Source: Vairimorpha necatrix
Lineage: Eukaryota
Length of the DNA: 64,000 bases
NCBI GenBank assembly: GCA_036630325.1
Contig: CP142736.1
Span: 868,001 to 932,000, forward strand
Direction: 5' to 3'
Position numbers and translations under genes: made by a program. Shown in pieces: positions 37,287-49,908 of the stretch (position 1 is the stretch's first letter; every line of letters begins with the position of its first letter). Under the pieces are notes generated by a model that ran no database searches, was not told the DNA's origin, and saw only the letters and a program-made list of their open reading frames with translations.

Positions 37287-40200
37287 TAAACATTTATTCT
37301 AGAATAGGGGTTATAAATAATTATTATTTCACTCAACATCCCCCTCATTCAAAATAATCCTCTACTATTAGCTTAAGTTGCGAGCCATGTCGCTTTATAG
37401 TTTTATTATGGACCTTAACGTTATAAGAATTATTTCCTAAAATATTAATAATTATACCTTGCGATTCAAATCTAGGTTTTCCCTTTGTTAAATCGGTTTC
37501 TCTTCTAATTATAACACTATCTCCCTCTTTAAAAATAAATTCAGCTCCTCTTTTCTTCTGTCGTTGGTTGAATTTTATGATTTCTTCGAATTGTCTTAGT
37601 TTAATCTCCTGAGCTCTCTTAGGATTACATGCTTCATCTGGCGACATGCCAAGAACGGAGTGTCTAACATTATTGTATACATCTAGTACACGCTTAGTTT
37701 TTGTCTTCAAATTTCCAAAACTATTATCTTTATATATACCTTCCTGTATTGTCCTATTAAATCTTTCTATTCTTCCGTTTGATTGGTGATGAAAAGGGGA
37801 AATATAATGAATTTGAACATTATTTCTCGTTGCCCATTGTTTTACCTCAATACTCAAATTTTCTTTTGACTGATCAAGAATTAGTATTTTAATCTTTATG
37901 TCATTATAAACTTCATCAAAAAATTTCACTAGCTTATTACTCTCTCTAGTAGTAATGACTTTAGCCCACGCTTTCCTTGTAAAATAGTCGATCGCCGTAA
38001 TTTTATAGCTTCCATTGATTGGTCCTATAATATCGGCAGCTACCTTTTCGCCAGGTTCGTATGCTGTCACAAATATGAATTTTTTTCCTCTTTGTGGATT
38101 GTACATCTTACATCTTAGACATTTATTAATTTCCGTTTTTACCATATGCGACATATCTTTCCAATGATATTTTTCCTTAATTCATTTTCAATAACTTTTG
38201 ATCCTCTGTGAACTAACTCTATATGTTTATTCCTTATGATAGACCTTTTTTCTTCTTCGCTAAATTCAATCATATTTATTTCATCCGTATTTAACTCATT
38301 AAGATAAGATCTTGACAAACAATCGACGTGAGGAATATCTGTCCCCTTTTTGTACTCGATCGTGTAATTATACTCACTCAATTTATCAAGCCACCTTTGT
38401 ATACGTAACGATTTTATTTCGCCTTTATTTAGGACCTCTAGAGCTTTGGGATCAGTTATTACTTTAGACTCATTTCCATATAAAAAATATCTAAAATTTT
38501 CCATTCCCCATAGGACACCCAAGCATTCTTTCTCGCTGATACTGTAATTTCTTTCCGCTGGAACCAATCTTCTAGAAGCGTACGCGATTGGGTACACATG
38601 CCCTTCATTTTCTTGTGACAAGATCGCTCCCAGACCAGAGTCACATGCATCCGTTTCTAATATGTAAGGTTTACTAAAATCTGGCTGTTTAAGCACACTG
38701 CTCGACAATACAATTTTCTTTAACGTGTTAAAAGCAGCATCCTGTTCCTTCCCCCAATTAAATTGAATATCATTTTTTGTAAGATCATATAAACATCCTC
38801 CGATTTTTGAACAATTAGGAATAAATTTTTTATAATAATTAATAAGTCCCAGAAATTCTTGCAGTGATTTTTTATTGATTGGTCTTTTCATATTGTTAAT
38901 TGCTTGGTCCCGTGTAATTTTTGGCTTAATTTAGTTATATGCTATTAAATGTCCCAAAAGGTAAGTTCTTTAACCTTATATATTGTTTTATCCTCATTAA
39001 TACCTAAGTTATAGCTTTTAAGCTTTGTTATGATCTTCTCATAATTAAAATCACGTTATTCCTCGTTTTCTCCAAAAACCAGTATGTCATCGCCATACAC
39101 GAAGCAACTTTTCCCCATTTTTTCTTGTAAAACATCATCTATAAATCTTTGAAAAATTGCCGGAGCATTTTTAAACCCCATTGGCATAACGTTCCATTCT
39201 ATAATAGGTGCTTAAATCTGAAAGCGGTCTTATATCTATCTTTTCCCGCTAATTCTATACAAAAAAATGCATCTTTTAAATCCAATTTACTAAAATATTT
39301 TTTCCCACGAAGCCCGTATAAAAGCTTATCAATGTGTGGTAAGGAGTAATTATCTAGCTCTACCAATTTGTTTAACGAAACTAAATTTGTAGTAACTCTT
39401 ATAGAACCATCTGGTTTAATTACTGGTCTTAAATTATTCAACCACGTTGATTTTGATTTTCTTATGTAATTTTTACTTAGTAGTTCTTTGATAGATTTTT
39501 CCACTCCTTCTTCTAACTTTTTTGGTAGTGTATAGACCTTTTCAACAATTTTTTCTCCTTTTATCGTATTTATTTCACAAATTCTATTGCTAGACACCCT
39601 TTTCAATATTTCTTGTAATGTCTTTTTTCCTACAAGTATTTTAAATTTTTCCACCTTAGGGAATATAAAAAATTTAGAACGATAACTTTTACCACCATAA
39701 GAGAAATCTAATATCACATATTCTGTAATCCCGAATCTTTCTTCTAAACATGTTAAAAAATATATTTCCTCTGTACTTCTATAAATTTTTAAAGTTAGTT
39801 CAGAAGCAGCCTTTTTACTCATAAAATTATAGTAAGAACCCGAGTCAAAAGTTACATTAATTTTTTCATTATAAACATATATTAAATCTTCTTTATTGTT
39901 AATAAAGTTTGCATCCAACATTTCGCCTTCTTGGTGGATCTCATTTATCCTTTTATACTGTAGTTGTTTACCATCAGTTCTTTTCTTCTTCGCAAAACAG
40001 TCTTTAGCAATATGCCCATCCTTGTGGCAAAAATAACATGAATATCTTTTGTTGATGTTATTGGAGGCAGGTTGTCTTATTTTTGTTATATCGTTATTTT
40101 CCTTTTCCATTTCATCAATTATTTCAAGGAATTCTTTATTAATTTCATATTGCCCTGTTAATACCATTTTTATAGCCTTATATCTTGGTAGAATTCCATT

Positions 40201-40616
40201 TCTTATTATCTTCCTTTTACCCGTATTTCTGATATTTTCCTTTAGACATTTCTTTTCTACATCTTTGATAAATTCCACAATACTTTGGTTTTCTTTTTGT
40301 TTTAAAGTATATAATTCGTACAATCCAGTACCGCAGTCAAATTCCGTTTCTGCCAACTCTTTCCACATTTCAAATGTTAATGAACATTTCCGTTTCTCCT
40401 TCATTAACATACTATGCCAATCTAGTATCTCAATGTTGGCTTTATGAATAAAATAATCAATTTTTTCCTCATTTGATAATTTATTAAAACTGGAAAGTAA
40501 AGAAGCTCTTTGTAGCTCCTGCAAGATATTTCACTACTAATCTCTGTTTTCATATTCTCCACCATAAACATTTATTCTAGAATAGGGGCTATAAATAATT
40601 ATTATTTCACTCAACA
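37287..40616 (-). mobile_element. Ty3/gypsy LTR retrotransposon with 52-bp LTRs, frameshifted (3330 bp)
   Basis: Direct repeats 37287-37338 and 40565-40616 (51/52 identical); 5-bp TSD CCACT (37282-37286, 40617-40621); PBS TGGTGGAGAAT abuts the 5' LTR; PPT GAGGGGGA abuts the 3' LTR. Confidence 0.93.
37345..40571 (-). pseudogene. Gag-PR-RT-RNaseH-IN polyprotein broken into several frames
   Basis: ORF 39199..40524 has CYFCHKDGHIAKDC, FDSGS protease and SKLDLKDAF. YGDD lies at ~39085-39100, RNase H LETDACDSGLGA in 38139..38891, and integrase ADIIGP / HHQSNGRIERFN in 37345..38154. Confidence 0.9.
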
Positions 40617-42115
40617 CCACTAAATTTAATAACAATATTGGTATCATAATTTGAATTATTTTTGTGAGTTTCAAACAAATCTTTGCTTTTCTGGTCACAT
40701 GAGGTTGAGTATTGAACTAAAAACGGTTTTCTTTTTTAAAAAATTATAAATATTTTATAGATTAGAATTGATTATCTGGCCTAAAATAATTTATATTTTA
40801 GTACTGATTACGTGGAACCATTTTATTTCGAGCAATAACATTGTTTATTTAAAATCTATAATAGACTGTATTATCTACATGTCATTTTTGCCTTTTTTTA
40901 GAAAATATTTGTTTTATTTTTAGCTGAAACTAATTTCAAAGAAAGAATGGAACAAAAAAAACACAATTAAAAAACAAGACCAAAAAGAAAACAAAGGACT
41001 TATAGATAACATCATTTGAATTAGTAATAAATAAAGATTAGAGAGGTTTTTACTACCAAGAAGCTTACTCTGGTTCCACAAAACACTAATTCAAATTAAT
41101 ATTAAGTTTTCATATTTAATACTTGTGTTTTTTCTCTTCTTTAAATTAAAATTTCAGATATAAATGATAAAAATTTTTTAAATTCAAAATACAGGAATAA
41201 CAAAATAAAAAATGTCAACGAACATGTGTTGTAAACATTCTACAAATAATGCCAAACGTATTTTTAGATTTATAATTTAAGTAAAGTATTATTGTGCTTT
41301 GATTTCTTACATCTATGTAATTTGAAATACCCACAGTTAATGTTTGTTCAAAAAGCCATTTAAAGAGTACATGTTATTCATAATTTTTCAGTTATGATTG
41401 TAGTGTTATGATTACATGTATCAAACACCACTTAAAGCTTCTCTATTAATTGTACAAACGGCTTCAGAAAAAGAGCCGAATAAAAAATATAAATTTTGGA
41501 AAGTATGAAATGTTATTATATACGACTTAGAATGCTGTATTTTCGATAAAAATTCCATCACGTGTTTTCTGTAAGATGTTTGGTTATTAAGCCTGTATTT
41601 TTCTTTAAAAAAGCTTATTTTTTACAAAAAAATAAAAGATAAAAATATATTGAGATTTCTCAAGTTTATTAGCACATAGATTATCTTGTTGCAAGGAATT
41701 TTGCTCCTCAAATTATGGATATTGCAATATTGATTATGTTTTCAAGCTTCGTCATACTTTCATTCTCTTAAAATGCGTTATTTTTTAACTGTTACACTCT
41801 TAACTAGTTAGTTACAATTTTATACAATTCTTTATCAACAGCATCTTCCTGATATATTCTATCTTTGATCTAAGCTATAAAAAAACGGATTAGATACATA
41901 AAACTGAAACAAATATTAGCTGTTATATGAAAAAAAAACCTTTATATAAATAGACATTAAGGTATTATACGAATTTACCAGTGTTAAACATTATTTATGA
42001 CATAAATTTAAAATTTTCAATTTTATTGACATACATTTTATAACAGCTTTTGAAAGGTCTATTTAAAATTAGAGCCAACTTTAAATATTTATATATTAAA
42101 AAAAATCTCCTCCCC

Positions 42116-43264
42116 ATGAAAATAAATATTCAAAATATCATAAATTTGTATTTCAAAATGTTCAATTTAACACTATCTCGAGATCAGGACAAAACGGAGA
42201 ATCAGGCTTTATCTCCATATTCCTTCCTTCAAGTACTAGGTCTCCTCGCCAATGGCACAGATGACGAAACAAGCAATAAATTTATTGGTAAATTGGGCTT
42301 TGAACCAAATATCAACGATTTTAATATAAATTCTAATAAAATTAACGAGATCTTGACTAAAAAAAGAAATAGAGATGATCTGTTTGTGACGTGTGATTAT
42401 ATCGTGACGAATTATTTATTTCATAGTGATAAATTTATAATTAACGAAGATTTTAAGACACTTATCTCAAATTTTTACAATATAAAAATCTCATCATATA
42501 ATCCTAAGAAAGTGATTGATGATTATAAAAATTTTTATCATTATATCACCAATGGCACTAATATAATTTTTCAACATTTTATAACTTCTTTTGGCCCAGA
42601 CATGTGTTTATTAAAAGAAAACAATTTCTATTTAAAACAAGAATGGAGCACAAATTTTGACTTTTTCCGTGTTGAAGATTTTACAACTTATGCTGGAAAA
42701 GTTAAACAAGATATGATGTATAATTATATAGCAAAAAAGTACAATTTTTATGAAGACGAAAAAATAATTGCTGTAAAAATGCTTTATAAAAATTCTGATT
42801 CATTCTTCCTGGCCGTCATGCCTAAAAAGATTGAGGATTGGGACGAAGTAACTAAAAAGATTTGTTCTGAAAACGAACTAAATTGCTTAATATCGCGAAT
42901 GGAATACGGAAATGTAAATTTAACCTTTCCTAAATTTAGATTCGAGTATGAGGTCGATTTTATCACATATTCAAAAGATCTGGGGATTGATAGTATGTTG
43001 AATTCATTAAAACTAGACAAACTGAAGACGGACTTCAAATACGAAAATTTAGAAATTAAACAAAACGTACTTATTGATGTATATGAATTTGGATTTGTAA
43101 CTCATTTAGTGTCTAATAAATCAGTAAAAGAAAAAACTGAAGCAAACAATTTCCGTGTTTTGGAATTTAATAAACCCTTTTTATGGTTCGTAATAAGACA
43201 AGACGATAATTTCACTTGTAGTCTACCGATTTTCATGGGAAAATTTATTGGACCCAAAAAATAA
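42116..43264 (+). CDS. Serpin-family protein (~382 aa)
   Basis: Motifs ALSPYSFLQVLGLLANG, LTFPKFRFEYE, QNVLIDVYEFG, EFNKPFLWFV and PIFMGKFIGP. Start reassigned to the ATG at 42116 (ctCCCCATG). Confidence 0.9.
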   Translation: MKINIQNIINLYFKMFNLTLSRDQDKTENQALSPYSFLQVLGLLANGTDDETSNKFIGKLGFEPNINDFNINSNKINEILTKKRNRDDLFVTCDYIVTNYLFHSDKFIINEDFKTLISNFYNIKISSYNPKKVIDDYKNFYHYITNGTNIIFQHFITSFGPDMCLLKENNFYLKQEWSTNFDFFRVEDFTTYAGKVKQDMMYNYIAKKYNFYEDEKIIAVKMLYKNSDSFFLAVMPKKIEDWDEVTKKICSENELNCLISRMEYGNVNLTFPKFRFEYEVDFITYSKDLGIDSMLNSLKLDKLKTDFKYENLEIKQNVLIDVYEFGFVTHLVSNKSVKEKTEANNFRVLEFNKPFLWFVIRQDDNFTCSLPIFMGKFIGPKK

Positions 43265-44782
43265 AATCTATTTGGTAATTATATGTGTTAATTTGTTTTT
43301 TAATAAAAATGTGGATATTTATAGGGCTATATATAGCATCCGTATAAAAATTTTATAGACTAAATTTTTTTTTTTGAAATCTATCTAAACAAAGATATAA
43401 AAAAAAAGACAAGTAACAAAAAAAATAACTATTAATACTATTTTGAGTATTAAAAATACATAAAGTGTAATATGATACAACAATAATTTTTTATGGGAAC
43501 TTTTAAGAATTAAAACGCACAAATATATCGTATTTTTCTGATTTAAAAAAGATCAAAAGTCCAAAGAAAGAATCTATCATTTTATATTGTTAAAATATTG
43601 ATATTTTTACCACAGTTGTTTAAAAATTCAAATGCAAGATATCTAAGGTGAACAAAAAATTTAAGCCAACATTTTACATTGTAAAAACAAATAACATTGG
43701 CAGGTTTTTTATATAATAAGACATATATATAAATATAGAAAATATTCTAAAAAGATATAAGCAAACAATATCACAAAAATCTATACTATAAGAATATATT
43801 GTTCTGAGTAATTTAATGTTAAAGTATGATGGAAATAAAAATAGAAAAATTATATATTTGCGTAAAAATCAAAAATTCTTTTTGTGTATTTTTTTCAATA
43901 GTCAAGTCTTAAAGTTTGTTTTTTATTTATAATATTAGAGCTATATACCTTAAAATAATAACATGGATCACAGAACTTAAAAAATTTTAGCTTCGTATTG
44001 AGGTAAATTAGATCTTTTTGCACAAATCATGCACTATTGAATTTAATAATGAATGTTCTAAATCCATACCCAGTTTGCATATAACATATTTCCCGTAGAA
44101 TTTTTTAACATTAATTTGATGCCAAGTAAAATGTTCGAATTGCGTTAAAACTATAATAAAATTATGTTTTTTGATTTGTTCTATTTAATCAAAATTTTGC
44201 ACAATTTATAATCAGAATTAGATTTAGATTTTTTCAAAGGTAATTATTTCAATCTTTTTTTTTGAGCAAGGTTTTTACATTGTATTTTTATATTTTGTAT
44301 GCTAAATAAAAAGCTAAATTGATACATTATCTGTTTTAGCAGAAGTCTAAATCTGCCATTTCTTAAAATTAAGTTTTATAATTTTAGAATAAAAAATTAA
44401 TCGTCAAGACACTTTTAGTGAGAATTCAGTTATATTTACTTTGGTGTAACATACTGATAAGATATATATATATTCTAGTACTTTTATTATCAGCGATCTA
44501 ATTTATCATTAAACTATACAAGAAAACAAACTTATTTGTTTTACCCTTTCTCGAAATCTCTAAAATAAAGTTTGTATAAAGCGAACTAAAGTTTATAAAT
44601 CCATAAAAATATACTATATAATCGATTTCAGTTATTTTTCACTATTTGTTTATTTAGAGTTTTTTCTCAAAAAATTATTTTTTTCATTTATCTTTTATTT
44701 CTAATAAATGCTTTAAAAAAAAAGCATTTCAAACACGTTTTAAGAATGGTATAACTTCGCCATTAAATCAATAATATATAAA

Positions 44783-45760
44783 ATGAATTGATTTAATTTT
44801 TTACTTATCTTTTTATCAATTACAAATGCGAAACTACTTTTTTTAATTTGATTTTCTTTCATTACTAAAAATTTATATTTATTTAAATAATTTGGTGAAT
44901 ACAGCTTCGTAAAATATGTTACAAATCCGTATTTTCCTCATAATTCCCCGCAAAATATACTTATAATCGATTGTGGGAATTTTTTAACTTTCTTAAAATT
45001 GCAGAAAGATTAGACATCTTTTTATATTTACAAAATGTAATAATTGAACACAAAAAAAACATTATAATATAATACAAAGAAATTTTTTTTAGAGAACTAT
45101 TAAAAATATGCGTGACTAAGAAGAGTTTTCTAGATAAAAATAGTTTTTGATTTTAACACAAAAAAAGGAAATTAAATATTATGAAAACATATAGAATAAC
45201 CCTATAAAACAGGGAAAGATTTAGCTAGGTTTTTACAAAAATTTAGAAAATTGAAAATATGTTTGATAAATAAGATTTCAATTTGTAATGAAAGAATAAT
45301 TACATCCTCGTCACAGCAGGATGCTATATACATAATTTAGTGAAGATTTTACGCTATGAAAAAGGAAGTAAATAACATTTTTGAAAATATTATACGTGTG
45401 ACAACATGCCTTAAAAAAATTTTAATTTGAACGTTCAGTTGAATACACTATAAAAGAACTAATTGCTTCGCGTCATATAATTCTGTAGCTTATGAACTCT
45501 TGTTGACTAATGAATTACAAATCATAGTGTCAGCTTTAATAATTATGGACGTTAGATCTACATAAAAAAGAAGATTTCAAATATCACTACAATACAAATT
45601 GATTACAGAAATGTCGTAAGTAGCTTTAAATTATGAGTACAATTATAATGTAAATTATATGAAAACATTGATACTGTTGCAAAGATTTTGTATCGTAAAA
45701 AATAATTCAAATATAAATTTACCAACTTAGGTTTTTTGCATTCGGTTAACCTTATATTCG
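44783..45760 (+). pseudogene. Possible decayed secreted-protein gene
   Basis: A signal-peptide-like stretch LIFLLIFLSITNAKLL near 44790 is followed by ~1 kb of A-rich coding-like sequence with many stops. No homolog recognised. Confidence 0.25.
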
Positions 45761-48046
45761 AAGAGCGAAGCTTATAAATTTTTAATAAAATTTTTAAATC
45801 TAATAAATGAGGGTTATTCTGTGGTCATTTAGTGTTAAAGTAGATCCCGGTTTTAGAAACTACAACATATCTATAAATTTTCAGTCACATATATCTTGTT
45901 AATTTAAGATGATGCTATGTATGTATAGTCTGAATAAGTTTGTATAATTTTTGAAATAGCCATCTCATGTTTTTTTTTTGATTTATAGATAGGACACCAT
46001 TTTCTTAAATATAACAAAAAAGTATCTATAAGCGAAGTAATTCATTATATACCGTATGACGATGCTTCGCAAAATCCTCGTAACTTTTAAAGGTATCTAT
46101 AAAGATAAATCTGAGATGTACAATCTTTCTAAATATAAAATATGATTAATAGTTCAAAAAAACTCAGAAATAAAATTTCTTAAAAAAAGCACCGAAGAAG
46201 TTTGATAAATTGTAGGGTTAATTAGGAGTATGGCCTGTTATTTAATGGATCTTAGAAGAGTCTGTTAATTGTGACTTAAACATGCATCAAACATACAATA
46301 TTTATTAAAAAACAAATTATGCATATTAGATTTCACACAAATTTAAAAAATATCTGAAAAAGTTACTGAAATTTAGTAACAAATCTAAGCAATTTAAAAG
46401 TATTACATTTTGAAAATTGCATTATAATTGAAAATTATTAAAACTTTACTGGGGTAGTATATTGAGTAATACAAGGAACATAAAATTTGCTGTACGCTGA
46501 CAAGAAAAATGCCTAATTCTGAATAAAAAACACTTATAACTTTTATTTAAAAGGAAATGGAAAGTATACCTCGCAATTTTTTTGTTCCAATACAGAATTG
46601 GTCCACAAATTAATTAGAAGATTTAGAAATATTTCAAAAAAAAACAGTCTCCACATAGACCAAATGATATTTAAAACATAATGTGAGCGAGGTCTTGGCA
46701 GTAAAACAAAAAGACTTAATAGATGCTATAAATTATAACAGTTCAACCATTGGAAAGACCAACAAGTATAGAAGGTTTAGGATCTGGCAAGTCTAAAAAA
46801 CGAAAATAGCATTTAAACAACTAAAAAGTAATAGCTCGATACTCATGAAACAATCAAGCAATAATTTATAGTCGAATATCAATCATATAATTTTAGAATG
46901 TTTGTACAAAAATAGACCAATGTTGGGCATAGCTAAAAATTAAATCAAATAAAAATTCAATAATTTTTTTTAGTAAATAAAACAAACTCATAAACACATT
47001 AAAATGTTAGAAGATGAATAATTTAATTAAAAATTGAATATATGTATTCTTTTCGAAACTATTGGATTAAGTTGAATACTTAAACTACATCTCAGACACT
47101 TCTATATTCATTTATGGTTAAATCAAATGTAATTTATACTTAATTTTTATATGTTCATACATTATTTTATTCTTTATTGGATAATTCTTCAAAATCTATT
47201 TCTTAAACTTAACAATTGAACTCAAAAATTATCTAGTGTAGAAAAGTGTATTCTTGTTCAACTTTTAAATAGCCCAAAAGTGTGTTTTTGTGTTCTCCGT
47301 TTTCTCGTACTACATATTTTTCGTGCTTATTTATACATTTTATTATTATTTTCGTCAATAAAATTTTAATGAAATTTCTAATTGATATTTTAAAACAAAG
47401 AAAAGATCTTGTAGACATAAATCTGCTATAAGTTTTAATTTATTTGTACCAACATAAGAATATTTCAAGCACAAAAAAATTTTATAAAAACTTTGTATAA
47501 TAGCTAATATTACGTTTCCACAAATTTTTGAAATTTTTTCATTCAATTTAAAAAAATTATCTTTTAGATTTTTTTTTACTGTTTAAATACATCATATGAA
47601 TACTTTCATCCTAATCCTATAAACAAGATGTGTTTAAATATTTGCAATGTTACTTAATAACAACAATGTAGATCTTTTTAGATTAAAAAGCATCACTTAC
47701 TTTGCGTTATCTTCTTCAGTAAACACATAATACTTCAATAATCATAATAGTTTCAAAAGCCTTTGCCTAACTAATCAAAGAAATCCATAGCTGTTGATTG
47801 GCAATTACACATGACTTTACTAAATCATTGAACACTTTTTTAATGATATGCAATGTAGAATAATTATAATCTATATTTTTTTTTCAATAAAAATTTTCAA
47901 ATAATATACTAAGTACTTTTAAGTTATTTTGAATAATATTACCAAATACTTTTATGAATATATTAACAAGTATTCTAATAGCATATCATTAAATAATTTT
48001 TGAATAACCTACTAAAGTACTTTTTATAATATTAAAATTATTTTTT

Positions 48047-48790
48047 TTATTTAAAAAGTTCTCCTACCATTTCTTTTTCTATAGTATCCATTTTCCCTGG
48101 TATTACAAGACTATGAAGTGGTTTCCCGAAGTCTTCTTTTATTAAGTTTTTTATTTTATCGTATTTTATGACTTGATTTGGCGATCCAAATCTACACACT
48201 GCAAATATTTTATAGTTCTCATTTACTATCTCATTTTCCAGAGATAATATTTGACTCAGTGCTTCGTTTACAGTCATAAATCTTTCTTCTTCTACTTTTA
48301 TGTCTAAGAGACACAGAGTGTGCAAGCCTGCTTCTATGTTTTTTAAGATGTTGTCGAAAAATGATCTTGGTTTCCATTCTTGAGTGAAGTAAGGAATAGA
48401 CACAGTCTTGCCGTGATGGTATGAGTAGAGGCCTAGACACCCGTACACGTTTAGTATTGATGCATTGTGGATTATTTCGACTGGTATGTTCATTTCCTTG
48501 CCTTTTATAAGTAGGCCTATGTGAGTAGTTGCGAACATAGGCGACCCTGCTACTAAGATGACTATTAAGGAGTTAGAGGCTTCTAAAAAGAAGAAGTCTT
48601 CTGATTCTATTTCGTCTCTATTACATATGATGATGGGTTTATTTAAGTATTCTTGTAGTAGACTAATTGGTACTTGTTGTATAGAAGTGTAATTTTCGAA
48701 ATATATTTTGTTAGCTTTCTTTAATATTTCTATACTTCGTAGTGATAAGTCCTTATAGGAATGTAGTCCTGTACCAATAATATAAATCAT
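48047..48790 (-). CDS. DPH5: Diphthine methyl ester synthase (247 aa)
   Basis: MIYIIGTGL...ENYTS, LVAGSPMFATTH, IIHNASIL, GLHTLCLLDIK, DFGKPLHSLVIPG. Start reassigned to 48790 (atCCCCtatATG). Confidence 0.95.
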   Translation of the reverse strand: MIYIIGTGLHSYKDLSLRSIEILKKANKIYFENYTSIQQVPISLLQEYLNKPIIICNRDEIESEDFFFLEASNSLIVILVAGSPMFATTHIGLLIKGKEMNIPVEIIHNASILNVYGCLGLYSYHHGKTVSIPYFTQEWKPRSFFDNILKNIEAGLHTLCLLDIKVEEERFMTVNEALSQILSLENEIVNENYKIFAVCRFGSPNQVIKYDKIKNLIKEDFGKPLHSLVIPGKMDTIEKEMVGELFK

Positions 48791-48931
48791 ATAGGGGATA
48801 ATAAAACAAGATAATGTAATATAGAGAATATATTTAATACAATAAAGAATAGATTTATGTATCTTCAAATGTATGTATAGAATTATTTAATAAATAGTAA
48901 ATATTTGATGTCTTTTCGTTTACCCCTTTTT
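48791..48931. promoter_or_regulatory. Bidirectional promoter region between DPH5 and the TBCA-like gene
   Basis: 141-bp AT-rich spacer with a CCCC motif on each strand a few nt before each divergent ATG. Confidence 0.65.
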
Positions 48932-49153
48932 ATGCAGGGGAACTTGAGAGACAGTAAAATCTTGAGATTGAAGAAAGAGGAAAACATGTACGTAGAGGAG
49001 ATTAAGAATTTTGAGAACAATCTCAATACACAAGATAAAAACGAGTATATTTATGAAAATAATCTTCTTATGAATCAACTAGAAGAGACTAAGAAAGCTT
49101 TAGAGCAAGTACAGAAAAGATTAAAGGAGTTTGAAGGAGAAGCAGATTTATAA
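48932..49153 (+). CDS. Small coiled-coil protein, probable tubulin-binding cofactor A (TBCA/Rbl2-like), 73 aa
   Basis: aCCCCtttttATG start. ILRLKKEENMYVEE and LEETKKALEQVQKRL resemble the RLxKExxxYxxE and LxEtxxxlpdxxxRL patterns of cofactor A. Stop followed by AATAAA. Confidence 0.65.
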   Translation: MQGNLRDSKILRLKKEENMYVEEIKNFENNLNTQDKNEYIYENNLLMNQLEETKKALEQVQKRLKEFEGEADL

Positions 49154-49453
49154 CAAAAAAAATAATAAACTAATATTATTATAGTATATTCTATATTATA
49201 ATTACACATCATTTCAAAATGTGTAACTTCGATCATTCACCCTTTTATTTTTCTCTCCTTTCCCCTATATTTTGTTTATAAACAAACAAATTCTTCCTTC
49301 TTATGAGACAGTGTGAAGGGGTGAAATACAGAATAGTGAGGGTCTTCGTTATATTTTTATTTAGTTTTATTGTACTTTCTTTAAATTAAAATAATAAATA
49401 CTTAAATGTAAAATAAAATTATATTTTTTAAATGCCAATCATAAAACACGATT

Positions 49454-49581
49454 TTATGCATAAAGTTCTTTAGATTTTTTACTAGTGTAATTAATGCATA
49501 AATTTATGCACATGTTAAATTATGCATAAAGTTCTTTAGATTTTTTACTAGTGTAATTAATGCATAAATTTATGCACATGT
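49454..49581. repeat. Two-copy 66-bp tandem repeat containing the palindrome TGCATAAATTTATGCA
   Basis: Units start at 49454 and 49520 and match over ~62 bp; a partial third copy (ttatgcacatgtt) lies at ~49617. Confidence 0.9.
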
Positions 49582-49908
49582 ATTAGATATTTTGCAAATA
49601 TTTATATTTCTTGATTTTATGCACATGTTTAAGATATTTTTAATACGTCAATCAAATAAATTAAAATTATATTAAAATTTGAAGTATTATAAAACGAGAG
49701 TACTTGCTGTATAAAACCAATATACATTGCAGGAATTATATAGAAATTTGAAATATCTTGAAAATAAAGTAAATACTGTATAAATTTAAAAAATAAGTTA
49801 ATTTATTTATAGTCAACTGTAAAAATGTATAAATATCATGGAGAAATTCATAAATGTACTATTTTCAAGTAGTACAATTTATACTTTATTTCCTTTTTTA
49901 ACCCCAAA

